This document shows positions 20,717-29,699 of a stretch of 64,000 nucleotides of DNA, piece after piece. Every line of letters begins with the position of its first letter. Within the stretch, counting starts at the first letter, position 1. Made by a program: the position numbers and the translations under genes. The notes under the pieces are model-generated. The model saw only the letters and a list, made by a program, of their open reading frames with translations, searched no databases and was not told where the DNA came from. Source of the stretch: Candidatus Saccharimonadales bacterium (lineage in GTDB: Bacteria > Patescibacteriota > Saccharimonadia > UBA4664 > SCTI01); NCBI GenBank assembly GCA_035479795.1, contig DATIII010000001.1:7087-71086 (forward strand), given 5' to 3'.

Positions 20717-20983
20717 TTACCTTCGGAGGTTCAATTTCTTAAGTATACCTTCGTAACGCTTCTGGTCGTTTTTCGAGAGGTAATCTAGCAAGCGGCGGCG
20801 CTTACCTACCATTTTCAGCAATCCACGGCGTGAATGCTCATCCTTTTTGTGGATCTGCAAGTGCTTGGTCAGCTCGGTAATTTTAGTCGTAAAAATACCG
20901 ATCTGCACCTCTGGTGAGCCGGTGTCTTTCTTATGTGTTTGATTAGCCGTAATAACTTTTTTCTTGGCTTCAGCTTTTAACAT
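20717..20983 (-). CDS. rpsO: 30S ribosomal protein S15.
   Basis: 88-aa S15 signature ([35 protein letters not shown]). Upstream of pnp as usual. Confidence 0.9.
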   Translation of the reverse strand: MLKAEAKKKVITANQTHKKDTGSPEVQIGIFTTKITELTKHLQIHKKDEHSRRGLLKMVGKRRRLLDYLSKNDQKRYEGILKKLNLRR

Positions 20984-21067
20984 AACGGGATAATACTAAC
21001 ATTTCTCCAGGTTAGGCGCAACTATTTTGCGACGGATTTGAACAATATTTTTATTCAAATTTCTTAT

Positions 21068-21142
21068 GCTTCTAACCTGATCAAACAGCCAAAATGGGAT
21101 CGCGGAGGCTCTTTCGAGCCCCCGCTCCCCACTACAACTAGC
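21068..21142. repeat. Conserved ~72-bp cassette tail, copy 1 (TTCTAACCTGA...GGCTCTTTCGAGCCCCCGCTCCCCACTACAACTA). It contains a GGGGGCTC-GAAA-GAGCCCCC hairpin (minus-strand sense) and supplies the stop codon of ORF 21138-21527.
   Basis: Near-identical to 21603-21674. Read in the sequence. Confidence 0.7.
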
Positions 21143-21527
21143 CGGCCATGGCGGTGTGGCGCTCGAACCGGATGAGACTGCGAGATGGATCGATCTCCCC
21201 CTCCTGGTTGCAGGCAAGGTCGATGACCACGAAGAGCTCGTGGTCGAGGCGGGCCCGCGCGGCCACGCGGTAGAGAGTCCAGTTCTGAGTCCAGGTGGCC
21301 TTCTTGACCTCGATCTTCTCGATGTCATACGGCCCAACGTCAGAACTGGGGGCAGCCTTGCCGGGCTTGACCTCGAACTCAGCAAGGCGGAGGATTCCGA
21401 CGGCCCAGCTGAATGCCAGGTGATCGAAAGCCACCACCAGCTCAGTGTCGAACTCCCTGGGCTCCACTTGCCGAAAGTCGGCAAAGGTGACAGCAACTGT
21501 CTTTGCTGCAACTGCGGTTCCCGTCAT
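21138..21527 (-). CDS. Cassette ORF 1 (129 aa), unknown function.
   Basis: ATG preceded by AAGGAG at 7-nt spacing. The stop TAG lies inside the conserved repeat. GC-rich. Confidence 0.5.
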   Translation of the reverse strand: MTGTAVAAKTVAVTFADFRQVEPREFDTELVVAFDHLAFSWAVGILRLAEFEVKPGKAAPSSDVGPYDIEKIEVKKATWTQNWTLYRVAARARLDHELFVVIDLACNQEGEIDPSRSLIRFERHTAMAG

Positions 21528-21562
21528 GTCTTACTCCTTGTCGCAATGGACCGGCGGTGGTT

Positions 21563-21586
21563 GTAGTGGGCTGATTAATCGGGTTA
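21563..21586. repeat. Left inverted-repeat box of cassette unit 1 (GTAGTGGGCTGATTAATCGGGTTA). It is the reverse complement of the distal end of the 72-bp tail (GGCTGATTGGTCAGGTTA).
   Basis: Sequence comparison by eye. Second copy at 22071-22094. Confidence 0.55.
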
Positions 21587-21602
21587 AGGTGCTTGGGTTA
21601 TC

Positions 21603-21674
21603 ATTCTAACCTGACCAATCAGCCGATATGGGATTTACGGGGGCTCTTTCGAGCCCCCGCTCCCCACTGCAACT
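21603..21674. repeat. Conserved ~72-bp cassette tail, copy 2; supplies the stop codon of ORF 21673-22044.
   Basis: Direct repeat of 21068-21142. Confidence 0.7.
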
Positions 21675-22044
21675 ACCGAAAATCGATGGTGGCCTCTTCG
21701 AGCTCCTTGTCATCCTCTGAGAAAGTGAGGCGAAGCCGAATGGAGCCACGCGGGCCGGCGGCGTGAACGACGTAGTAGATCTTGGTTCCGGCATTGAGCC
21801 AATCGGTGACCTGCACCTGAACCGAGACCACGCAATATGCGTTCTGCTCGTGATAGGGGTACTGTTCCCGTGGAGCGTTGCCGTGAATGACGGTGAAGTT
21901 GTCCGCCCGCCGAAGGCGGCCGATGAACTGGCCAAAGGCCTGCCGGTTGAACTTCACCAAGATGGGCTCCTCGCCAATCCTGAATTCCCTACCAGATTCA
22001 GCGAACTGAACCGGTACTTCTACCTGCTCTTTGATCTGGGACAA
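21673..22044 (-). CDS. Cassette ORF 2 (123 aa), unknown function; TTG start.
   Basis: GAGGAG SD 5 nt upstream of the TTG start. No internal Met. Stop inside the conserved repeat. Confidence 0.45.
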   Translation of the reverse strand: MSQIKEQVEVPVQFAESGREFRIGEEPILVKFNRQAFGQFIGRLRRADNFTVIHGNAPREQYPYHEQNAYCVVSVQVQVTDWLNAGTKIYYVVHAAGPRGSIRLRLTFSEDDKELEEATIDFR

Positions 22045-22070
22045 GACAGCTCCTCGACTGTCGGGTGTTT

Positions 22071-22094
22071 ACAGTGGGCTGATTAATCGGGTTA
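22071..22094. repeat. Left inverted-repeat box of cassette unit 2 (ACAGTGGGCTGATTAATCGGGTTA).
   Basis: Copy of 21563-21586. Confidence 0.55.
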
Positions 22095-22168
22095 TTTAAG
22101 GTTCTAAATGCAGTTTCGCTGTTTCCAGCTCATCAGATAAGATACCACATCTTATGACTGCACCGGGA

Positions 22169-22453
22169 TTAAGGCTCCCGGCGGCCTGTTGGGGTTCGAA
22201 CCCGCCTGGAAAGTGAGCCGCTGTACATCACGATTGCGAACAGCAACCAACTCACCACGAAGGGTGCGATGTTGTTGATCGCCGCCGTGAGCAGCGCGGC
22301 CAGTGCGAGCAGCATCCAAGCGATCACCTCATGCGAGGCGGCGAAGAATGCGTGGCCCGCTCGGTGTGCCCTGATAGCGGCCGGAATGAGTGTCATCACC
22401 CATATCCCAAGACCGAGGGCTACATCCAGTGCCAGAGTCTGCAAAGTTCTCAA
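22169..22453 (-). CDS. Small hydrophobic membrane protein (94 aa), hypothetical.
   Basis: Three predicted TM stretches. TTG start immediately after a TAGGAG motif. An 8-bp hairpin (22462-22483) precedes the start. Weak support. Confidence 0.3.
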   Translation of the reverse strand: MRTLQTLALDVALGLGIWVMTLIPAAIRAHRAGHAFFAASHEVIAWMLLALAALLTAAINNIAPFVVSWLLFAIVMYSGSLSRRVRTPTGRREP

Positions 22454-22570
22454 CTCCTAGGTGCTTCGACAGTTGAGCTGTCGAACCTCACCAGCCATTT
22501 GGCCAGCTGCTACACCTTTCGGTGCCTCCACCCTATCTGAGGGTATGATGAATATAATAGCATAAGTGCT

Positions 22571-23257
22571 TTAAATTGTCAATAGGTGATCAGGTAGAGA
22601 TACGGTTGTCATGTCTGGTAAGTTCTGAGCGTTTTTAACGTCAAAATCACCTATTTTTGTGCGTCGCAGATTAGATAGATAGGCCCCTACTTTTAGGGAT
22701 TCACCAATATCCTCAGCCAGGGTACGGATGTATGTTCCAGATGACACATGGGCCGTAAACCTAACCACGGGGTACTTGTAACTCGTGACTTGCAACTTAT
22801 GAACAAACACATTCCGACTGGGCATATGAAAACTCTGGCCCCTGCGCGCCAGCTTATAGGCTTCCACGCCACCAATTTTGATAGCCGAGTATTTAGAAGG
22901 GGTTTGACGAATTTCACCCACGAATTGGGCTGCAGCCAGTTCTATCGCTCCTTGAGACGGCTGATTATCAGACACAGCTGTAATCTCCCCCTCGGCGTCT
23001 CCAGTGGTGCTGACGGCACCTAAGGTCATCTCGGCTTCGTAAACCTTATCTAGCCCCACAAATTCCGGGGCTTTCTTGGTATAGCTGCCGAAAAGCATCA
23101 GCATTAACCCTGTCGCCATCGGATCAAGTGTGCCGGTGTGGCCGATTTTTCGCACACCCGTAGATTTGCGCAGCCGGCGGATAATATCAAAGGAGGTAAT
23201 GTCGGTCGGCTTATCTATCAGCAGCAGGCCGTTATGTGTTTCCATACTGCCTATCAT
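22571..23257 (-). CDS. truB: tRNA pseudouridine(55) synthase TruB.
   Basis: TruB N-terminal motif (LLLIDKPTDITSFDIIRRL), HTGTLD catalytic Asp motif. Confidence 0.85.
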   Translation of the reverse strand: MIGSMETHNGLLLIDKPTDITSFDIIRRLRKSTGVRKIGHTGTLDPMATGLMLMLFGSYTKKAPEFVGLDKVYEAEMTLGAVSTTGDAEGEITAVSDNQPSQGAIELAAAQFVGEIRQTPSKYSAIKIGGVEAYKLARRGQSFHMPSRNVFVHKLQVTSYKYPVVRFTAHVSSGTYIRTLAEDIGESLKVGAYLSNLRRTKIGDFDVKNAQNLPDMTTVSLPDHLLTI

Positions 23258-23324
23258 GTCATGCTGAACTCGTTTCGGCATCTTCAAAGATCCTTCGACT
23301 CCGCTCAGGATGACGGTTGCGGGG

Positions 23325-24701
23325 TTACTCCAGGCGCATGGCGAACAGCGGGTTGTTAGCCGGGTTGGACGCCTTGCGTTGGACGATGCGGCCCTCGGAG
23401 GTGGGGCTTTCTAATGGGTTGCGAACCTTGGTCTGTCGGCTGGCGGATTCTTCGGCTGGAGCGTCATTAATCAGAGGTTCTGGGTCATCAGAAAGCGCGA
23501 TTTGCTCAGGATGAACCTGTGGAGTCTCAGGCTCATCATCCATTTCAATATGAGTTGGGGGCAATAACTGCTCCATAACCGGCTCAGTGGAAACCACTGC
23601 GGTCTCACGCTGATCAACTTCTGGAAACTGTAGTTCGGCAACAGGTTCAGCAACCGATGAAGCTTCGTCATTGCGAAGAACCTGGGACGAAGCAATCTCA
23701 GAGATTGCCGCGCTATGCTCGCGGGTGACAGGATTAGTTATTGGTTCTGGTACTGGAGCAATTTCAGGAACCTGAGAGATAACTTCAGTCACTGGTTCTG
23801 CCTGCTTAACAGGTTCGGGAGTGGCTTCGCTTCTTCGCATCTCCTGCTTAGGAGCCTCTTTCTTGGCTTCATGCTGCTGAGGCTTATCTGATTTTTGAGA
23901 TTTATTATCGCGGTACAGACCCCTTATCACTTGTTGCTGATCGGCGCCCATGGCCATCATTTGAGCAGCCACGGTCAGTGCCTTGGGTGTGGTGTGTGCG
24001 GCAGTAAAACGATCAGTGGAAGCAATAATGCCAGCGAGCATGGCAGTGGCAATTGGGCCGTCAACCAAGCCGGTCTGCAATGATTCGCTAAGCGCAATCA
24101 GGATCTCGCTCAGTGAAGCCGCCGTGGTTTCTACTAGGTTAATAGCGCCATACTGCTCGTTGGAGCGATGGAAGTCGATATTAATAATTGGCACATTAGT
24201 AAGCACCTGCTGATTCTGAGCAAGCACCCTATCAACCCGGCTGTAAGAAGCCACACCGAGCACAATTACCAGGTCAAAGTGGAAGTCACCATAAGCAAAG
24301 CTGACGTCACTATTCCTGAAGCCACCTGAAAACGGCGTCACATGAACATTTAGCTTGTTGTTTTCTATGGTGTACTTGATCTTGTCGACTTCGCTGCGGC
24401 TCAAATCAACCTGCATGATGAAGTCACGCAGGCCATCTAGCTTAGGCTCGATCAGGTCGGTGGGCAGGAACTTAACCCCGGCTGGCAGGTCGTCGGTAAT
24501 AACTGCAGTCGTCTTTTTGCCAAACTTGTGCAGAATGGCGCTAAGAGCAATAGTCGAAGCCACCTGGTCGACACTGGGGTGCTGACCGGTGAGAATGAGG
24601 ATGGATTCGGCTTGGCGAATGGCCTCAGACGTCTGTTGTTTTGGGGTTAATTCTCTATCCATATTGGTGTCCACCTTTGGGCGAATGGATAATCGTAGCA
24701 A
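23325..24701 (-). CDS. DHH-family phosphoesterase (NrnA-like) with a ~200-aa Glu/Pro-rich disordered C-terminal tail.
   Basis: DHH/DHHA1-like N-terminal ~270 aa. Low-complexity tail. Confidence 0.65.
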   Translation of the reverse strand: MLRLSIRPKVDTNMDRELTPKQQTSEAIRQAESILILTGQHPSVDQVASTIALSAILHKFGKKTTAVITDDLPAGVKFLPTDLIEPKLDGLRDFIMQVDLSRSEVDKIKYTIENNKLNVHVTPFSGGFRNSDVSFAYGDFHFDLVIVLGVASYSRVDRVLAQNQQVLTNVPIINIDFHRSNEQYGAINLVETTAASLSEILIALSESLQTGLVDGPIATAMLAGIIASTDRFTAAHTTPKALTVAAQMMAMGADQQQVIRGLYRDNKSQKSDKPQQHEAKKEAPKQEMRRSEATPEPVKQAEPVTEVISQVPEIAPVPEPITNPVTREHSAAISEIASSQVLRNDEASSVAEPVAELQFPEVDQRETAVVSTEPVMEQLLPPTHIEMDDEPETPQVHPEQIALSDDPEPLINDAPAEESASRQTKVRNPLESPTSEGRIVQRKASNPANNPLFAMRLE

Positions 24702-24829
24702 AAACTGCCAGATCTGTCAAGGTGATTTGACAATGCTTATGTTTTGGCGGAGCCAAAACACGGCCGGAGGAATGCTCACCTCCTCACTGCTTTACAAACC
24801 TGGTGGCGTCCTGTATAGTCTCTTTCGTT

Positions 24830-25162
24830 ATGCCGATTATTAAATCCGCAATTAAACGGGTGCGCCAAGCGGCCAAACGCCGTAGTCGTAACCTACAAAT
24901 TAAGCGAGCCATCCACCGCGATGTGCGCGCCTTTACCGATGCTGTAGCTGCCGGTGACGCCAAATCCGTCAACACTACCCTCAGCGAGGCGGTTTCGGAA
25001 ATTGACCGCGCGGTAAAGAAGGGTACGATGCACAAAAATACTGCCGGGCGCCGTAAATCAGCTCTACAAAAGCAAGCCAATACCGTATCTGCCCCCAAGA
25101 AGTCCGCTTCCAAGCCCAAAGCTGCTGCTAAACCGGCTGCCAAGAAAACTTCCACAAAGTAA
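24830..25162 (+). CDS. rpsT: 30S ribosomal protein S20.
   Basis: MPIIKSAIKRVRQAAKRRSRN signature. Short or no leader (TATAGT 12 nt upstream). Confidence 0.85.
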   Translation: MPIIKSAIKRVRQAAKRRSRNLQIKRAIHRDVRAFTDAVAAGDAKSVNTTLSEAVSEIDRAVKKGTMHKNTAGRRKSALQKQANTVSAPKKSASKPKAAAKPAAKKTSTK

Positions 25163-25196
25163 CCCGCCAACCGGCGGGTCTTTTGTTTCGCAATAC
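25163..25196 (+). terminator. Rho-independent terminator after rpsT (CCCGCCAACCGGCGGGTCTTTTGTTT).
   Basis: Stem CCCGCC/GGCGGG plus a T-tract. Confidence 0.65.
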
Positions 25197-25226
25197 TGGT
25201 AGCTGGCCACTGGAACCTGGTAACTT

Positions 25227-25421
25227 ATGTATATGACTCCCTCAGATCCCCAGGCTAAACTCCACGACGTCGCCTCCGAGCTAGCTGAGCACGTCAGCCT
25301 GCTGCGCGATTATGCCACCACTCCTGGAAATGTCTGGCTGGCACGCGGCGAGCTCGGCCGAATTCAAGAATTGGCCGTTGAGATCGAGAAACTTCTGGAA
25401 CAAATTAAAACCGAATCTTAG
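25227..25421 (+). CDS. Hypothetical small helical protein (64 aa).
   Basis: ORF only. Overlaps the holA stop convergently. Confidence 0.3.
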   Translation: MYMTPSDPQAKLHDVASELAEHVSLLRDYATTPGNVWLARGELGRIQELAVEIEKLLEQIKTES

Positions 25422-26365
25422 CGGGTCGCTTGCTGGTTCGCCGACTGACTAGTTTTTAAAATTAGCTGCTCCACCAGGGGTTCTGCAGCGCCCTCGCCAC
25501 TTTTAATCTTATATTCGGTATCAACCGCGGCCACAAAGGCAGCTTTAAGGGTTTCTTCGCTGAACAAATGCCGCTTATTTAACATTTTGCCAGCCACGAA
25601 TGGTGACATCCCCGCGTCCCGGGCCAGCTGTGGAGCGGTAATTTTACCGGCCACCTTAGCGACAAGCAGATTGCGGAGCTGCCATTGGATCATCGAGAGC
25701 ATATACATCTCGCTGACCTTGGCGATAAGCAGATCTCGATAAACCCCAATGGCTTTTTCGGCCTGGCCGGCCGTCATGGCTTCCACCAGGTCAAAAATTG
25801 TCTCATTATGTCCTTGCTCTACCATCTCAGCAACTGACTGGACATTGATGTGCTGGCTATAATCCACTAGCTTGGCAATCTCATTGGACAGCCGCCACTG
25901 ATCTTCGCCGGCTCGATCCAATAACGATTCAATGGCTGCCGGATCAATCTCCCCTCCCTGTCGCGATACCTCAGCTTTAATCCATTGATGCAACTTTGTG
26001 CTGGAAAGCGGTTCAAACTTCACTGTGCGGGCGGCCGTCGATAGATTTTTAAAATAGGTGGTGCGCTGATCGACACTGGGGTCATAAAAAACCGCAACGG
26101 TTGTCTCAGGTATGTTGTCTATAAATTGCTCCGCCTTTGGAGCCAAAGATTTGTTGGTACCCAGATCTTCAATGATCACCAGCCGGCTGGTTGCTAAAAA
26201 AGGTGCAGCTTGCAAGCTAGCTTTAAGATCTGCGGCGGCTGCAGAGGGTCCGTCGATTCGCTCGAGCCCGGTGTCACCTCCGGTTTTTTTGATATACCCC
26301 GCGCGCATTTTAGCCAGCTGCTGCCGCGCTTCATAGGTGTTGGGGCCGTAAAAGAAAAAGATCAT
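25418..26365 (-). CDS. holA: DNA polymerase III delta subunit.
   Basis: Length and motifs of HolA (MIFFFYGPNTY...). Confidence 0.8.
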   Translation of the reverse strand: MIFFFYGPNTYEARQQLAKMRAGYIKKTGGDTGLERIDGPSAAAADLKASLQAAPFLATSRLVIIEDLGTNKSLAPKAEQFIDNIPETTVAVFYDPSVDQRTTYFKNLSTAARTVKFEPLSSTKLHQWIKAEVSRQGGEIDPAAIESLLDRAGEDQWRLSNEIAKLVDYSQHINVQSVAEMVEQGHNETIFDLVEAMTAGQAEKAIGVYRDLLIAKVSEMYMLSMIQWQLRNLLVAKVAGKITAPQLARDAGMSPFVAGKMLNKRHLFSEETLKAAFVAAVDTEYKIKSGEGAAEPLVEQLILKTSQSANQQATR

Positions 26366-26697
26366 TTCTCGTAATGATCATACTTATGATGCTTACCCTT
26401 CACCTTTTCGACGGGGTACTTGGCCGCATTCTTATCTAGCTTCGATCTAAGCTCGGCGGCAATATCAAACCCGGCGTCATGAGCGAACAGCAGCAGGGCG
26501 TACAACACATCAGCCGCCTCTTCACGCATGGCTACCGGATTGTCTGGATGCTCAGACCAGCGAAAGTGCTCCAGCAACTCCCCGGCTTCAACGCTAATAT
26601 TGGCGGCCATATTCTTTGGGGTATGGAACTGCTTCCAATCTCGCTCATCACGATAGCTTATGATCTCCTCAGTCAGTTTTTGGATTGAATCCGACAT
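26362..26697 (-). CDS. MazG-like nucleotide pyrophosphohydrolase (small single-domain type).
   Basis: EExxE-type motif (EAGELLEHFRW...REEAADVLY). Confidence 0.7.
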   Translation of the reverse strand: MSDSIQKLTEEIISYRDERDWKQFHTPKNMAANISVEAGELLEHFRWSEHPDNPVAMREEAADVLYALLLFAHDAGFDIAAELRSKLDKNAAKYPVEKVKGKHHKYDHYEK

Positions 26698-26701
26698 GGC
26701 T

Positions 26702-27592
26702 TTATTTTACTCCAGCCTGCGGGGCCTTCTGGCATTTGGGGCACAGATGCGTGCCCCGTCCAGCCACCCGGGTTTTTATAATTACGGTCCCGCAAACTGG
26801 ACAGGTCAGCCCCTGCCGGCGAAACACCCGAGCTGACCTGAGATAATCACCTTTGCCGCCCAGAGCATTCACATAGTGCGTAAAGCTCGTGCCGCCATGT
26901 TCAACGCCGAGAGCAATGATGGTCTTAATAGCCTCATACAAGCTCTTTACCTCAGCTGGCTTCAAGCTGCCAGCGAGCCGAGCGGGATGAATTTTCGCCA
27001 AATGCAGAGACTCATCAGCATAGATGTTACCGACACCGGAAACCGTCGATTGATCGAGAATAACGGCCTTAATTGGTGAACCGCCACGACGCTTTAAAAT
27101 TGCTGCAAAGGGTTTAAGCTCAAAAGCTTCGGTCAGTGGCTCTGGACCCAGTCTAGCGATTAGTGAGTCGCGGATAACATCCTGCGTTTCAACTAATTTA
27201 ACCCAACCAAACTTGCGCTGGTCGTTAAAAAATATTCGGCTTCCGTCACTTAGGCTAAAAACCGCGCGAGTGGAATTATCAGGTAGCTCCCGCGCCATAC
27301 TCTCACTGGGGTGGCCACCGGCGAAGCGCGGTCCGCTCTTGGGCGCCCAGACGATCTGGCCAGTCATTTTCAAATGAAAAAGCAGGCTGTGGTCGCTGCT
27401 GAGATTGATGATTAATACCTTGGCCCGACGTTCCAGCGATTCAATCTTTGCCCCGATTACATATTTGTCGATATCCTCACCCGGATACGGAAACGACTTG
27501 CCGAAGAGAACTTCGACATCGGTAATTTTTAGGCCTACAACTTTTTGCTGCAGACCCGCCCGAATAGTCTCAACTTCTGGCAACTCCGGCAT
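26702..27592 (-). CDS. mutM: Formamidopyrimidine-DNA glycosylase (Fpg/MutM).
   Basis: N-terminal MPELPEVE. C-terminal zinc finger CPVCGTVI...CPKC. Confidence 0.9.
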   Translation of the reverse strand: MPELPEVETIRAGLQQKVVGLKITDVEVLFGKSFPYPGEDIDKYVIGAKIESLERRAKVLIINLSSDHSLLFHLKMTGQIVWAPKSGPRFAGGHPSESMARELPDNSTRAVFSLSDGSRIFFNDQRKFGWVKLVETQDVIRDSLIARLGPEPLTEAFELKPFAAILKRRGGSPIKAVILDQSTVSGVGNIYADESLHLAKIHPARLAGSLKPAEVKSLYEAIKTIIALGVEHGGTSFTHYVNALGGKGDYLRSARVFRRQGLTCPVCGTVIIKTRVAGRGTHLCPKCQKAPQAGVK

Positions 27593-27595
27593 AGG

Positions 27596-28567
27596 CTACT
27601 CCTTGGCTAGGATGTCGTGGTAAACATTGAAGGCCGCCGTCAGAATCAGCACAACCGGAATGGCCAGCAGAATCCCAATGAAGCCGGCCAGTTTGGCACC
27701 GATCATGAAACTTAAGATCACGGCCAGCGGATGCAGATTGACAGCCTCGCTCATTATCTTCGGTGCCAGCAGGTTCGATTCAGCAGTTTGGACTATGGCG
27801 TAGGTGATGAAAACGGCCAAACCCATGCCGGGAGAAATACTCATACCAAGTACGAAGGCTGGAATGGCCGCTAGAATTGGTCCGAGGAACGGAACTATTT
27901 CCAGTAGGCCGGCCAGGACACCTAGCACCACTGCGAAAGGCAGCCCAATAAAGCTGTAGGCAGAGGCCACCACAACGCCGACCACCAGCGAGAGAATAAT
28001 CTGGCCGCGGACCCACGCCTGTACCTGATGCTCGGCCTTGGTGCTAAGCTCGCGGACGTGCTTACGGTGCTTTTTCTCCAGGAAATTTATGAGCGAATGC
28101 TTGATCTTGTGGTAGTCGATCAGCCAATACAGGCTAAAGAACAGGACAACGGCTAAGAATCCCAGGAATGAAGCGGCACCAAAGGTGGCTGTAATAATAG
28201 CTTGGCCGGAATTTGTGGCTATCTCCTGAGTATTGGCGTGCAAGTGATACTTTTGCGAGAGCTGATGAGCCACATCTGGAGCAGCCGCTAGTAACGCCTC
28301 AGCCTGCTGCAGCAGCTTTGGCATGACCAGACTGATCAGCCAGGCGATGGACAGAACTGAGACGGTGAGCGGTGTGACAGCCGCCAGCCAACGGCGCACG
28401 CCCTGCTGCTCCAGCCAGTCCACCACTGGAAGTAGTGATAAGGTCAGCAGCATGGCCAACAAGATGACCAGGATAACATCACGGAAGAACCATGCCAGTG
28501 CAAAGCTGATTATAATCAGGGCCAAGGCTGATACGGGATGCCCGGTTATTTTTCGTAAAGCCACCAT
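27596..28567 (-). CDS. AI-2E family transporter (UPF0118/PerM-like) membrane protein.
   Basis: Multiple TM helices. Typical ~320-aa length and conserved C-terminal LLAIPV motif. Confidence 0.75.
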   Translation of the reverse strand: MVALRKITGHPVSALALIIISFALAWFFRDVILVILLAMLLTLSLLPVVDWLEQQGVRRWLAAVTPLTVSVLSIAWLISLVMPKLLQQAEALLAAAPDVAHQLSQKYHLHANTQEIATNSGQAIITATFGAASFLGFLAVVLFFSLYWLIDYHKIKHSLINFLEKKHRKHVRELSTKAEHQVQAWVRGQIILSLVVGVVVASAYSFIGLPFAVVLGVLAGLLEIVPFLGPILAAIPAFVLGMSISPGMGLAVFITYAIVQTAESNLLAPKIMSEAVNLHPLAVILSFMIGAKLAGFIGILLAIPVVLILTAAFNVYHDILAKE

Positions 28568-28637
28568 TACTTTTATAGGATACAGAATCTATAACGTCAT
28601 TGCGAGGAGCGGTAGCGACGCGGCAATCCACCAAGTT

Positions 28638-28700
28638 GTCATCCTGAGCGAAGTCGAAGGATCCTTAGAGCCACCCGCTCTCCGGACGCGCCATCCCTAC
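28638..28700. repeat. Palindromic dispersed repeat, copy B (GTCATCCTGAGCGAAGTCGAAGGATC...); the second arm is degenerate.
   Basis: 26-nt core identical to copy A apart from two transitions. Confidence 0.55.
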
Positions 28701-28905
28701 CTACCATCGGTATTTCTGCCGTACGCACCTAGCCTTTCCCTCTGGCATAGGCGCTCTATTGTATTTTAATCAAGCTGCTACAGAGGCAGTGTTGTGTAGC
28801 CGCTATTTCAATAACTGCTATCACGCGCTAGCTTACCTATGACCAGTGGGTAAGGCTCTTTGGTTTTGATTTCCTGATCCTCAATTCCGAATCCTGGATC
28901 CTGTT

Positions 28906-29622
28906 CTAAAATTCATCCTTGGTATAGCGATGGATTTCTTCCACAAAGAGCTCGGGGCGGTTGCCGAGCAACATGTCCAGCTCGGTTTCAAAGCTGGTGT
29001 AGCGCTTTTCGAGCGCCCGAGCTTCATCGGCCGTCATCCACTTGTTAATTCCGCCTTCAAACTTCTCCATCAGCTCACCTCTTGGATTCGTACAGTGCAC
29101 CACAAAGAACATTTTGTCCTCCACCGCTTCGTCTTCGCCCTCTAAAAAGGTGTGTTCATGATAGAGGCCGGCGATCCGGTAATCGGCGCTCAAACCCGTC
29201 TCCTCTTCCAGTTCGCGATCGGCTGTTTCGGTAATGGTCTCACCCCAGCGGATCTTACCCGATGGGAAGCCCCAGTAGCCAAAGTAGGGGTTCTTGGTTC
29301 GTTGCTGAAACAATATCTCGGTGCGGCCATCAATCTCACGCTCAATCGCCAGCAACACCGCTACCTTGGGCTGCCGTTCAATTTTGCGCTCATCAGTATC
29401 GAGCTTGTTGGCATACTCCTTGCCCTTGTGCGTTAGGCGATATTTACCCCTCTCAACCTTTTCCACCAGGTTTAAGTCAACCAGCCGCTGGATATGGAAA
29501 TTAAAATGATCGCTAGACAGTCCCGTGGGCTTTTGCAGCTCGGCGTAGCCAGCATGCAAGACGAATAAGAGCTCCCGCAAAATGCTGGTTTGGGCTTCGT
29601 GAATTTTGGATTCGTGGCTCAT
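28906..29622 (-). CDS. Winged-HTH plus NUDIX hydrolase fusion protein.
   Basis: Nudix box GYWGFPSGKIRWGETITETADRELEEETGL. N-terminal wHTH. Confidence 0.75.
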   Translation of the reverse strand: MSHESKIHEAQTSILRELLFVLHAGYAELQKPTGLSSDHFNFHIQRLVDLNLVEKVERGKYRLTHKGKEYANKLDTDERKIERQPKVAVLLAIEREIDGRTEILFQQRTKNPYFGYWGFPSGKIRWGETITETADRELEEETGLSADYRIAGLYHEHTFLEGEDEAVEDKMFFVVHCTNPRGELMEKFEGGINKWMTADEARALEKRYTSFETELDMLLGNRPELFVEEIHRYTKDEF

Positions 29623-29699
29623 GAGGCAAAAACTCCGTTCTCACCTCGAATGTACTTAAGTTTAGCTACCTAAAAAAGTAAAGTCGACTTTAGTTGGGT

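Noticed and set aside
20996-21935. Alternative long ORFs 20996-21511 and 21606-21935 (minus) running through the cassette repeats.
   Set aside because: Their translations are Ser/Arg/Pro low-complexity and read through the conserved repeat and hairpin. The SD-preceded frames 21138-21527 and 21673-22044 terminate exactly at the repeat and are preferred.
21000-22110. Confident call of a class-1-type integron.
   Set aside because: No intI or attI in the window. The putative core sites (TTCTAAC / GTTAGAA) only approximate the RYYYAAC/GTTRRRY consensus. It is reported as a cassette-like locus requiring model-based testing.
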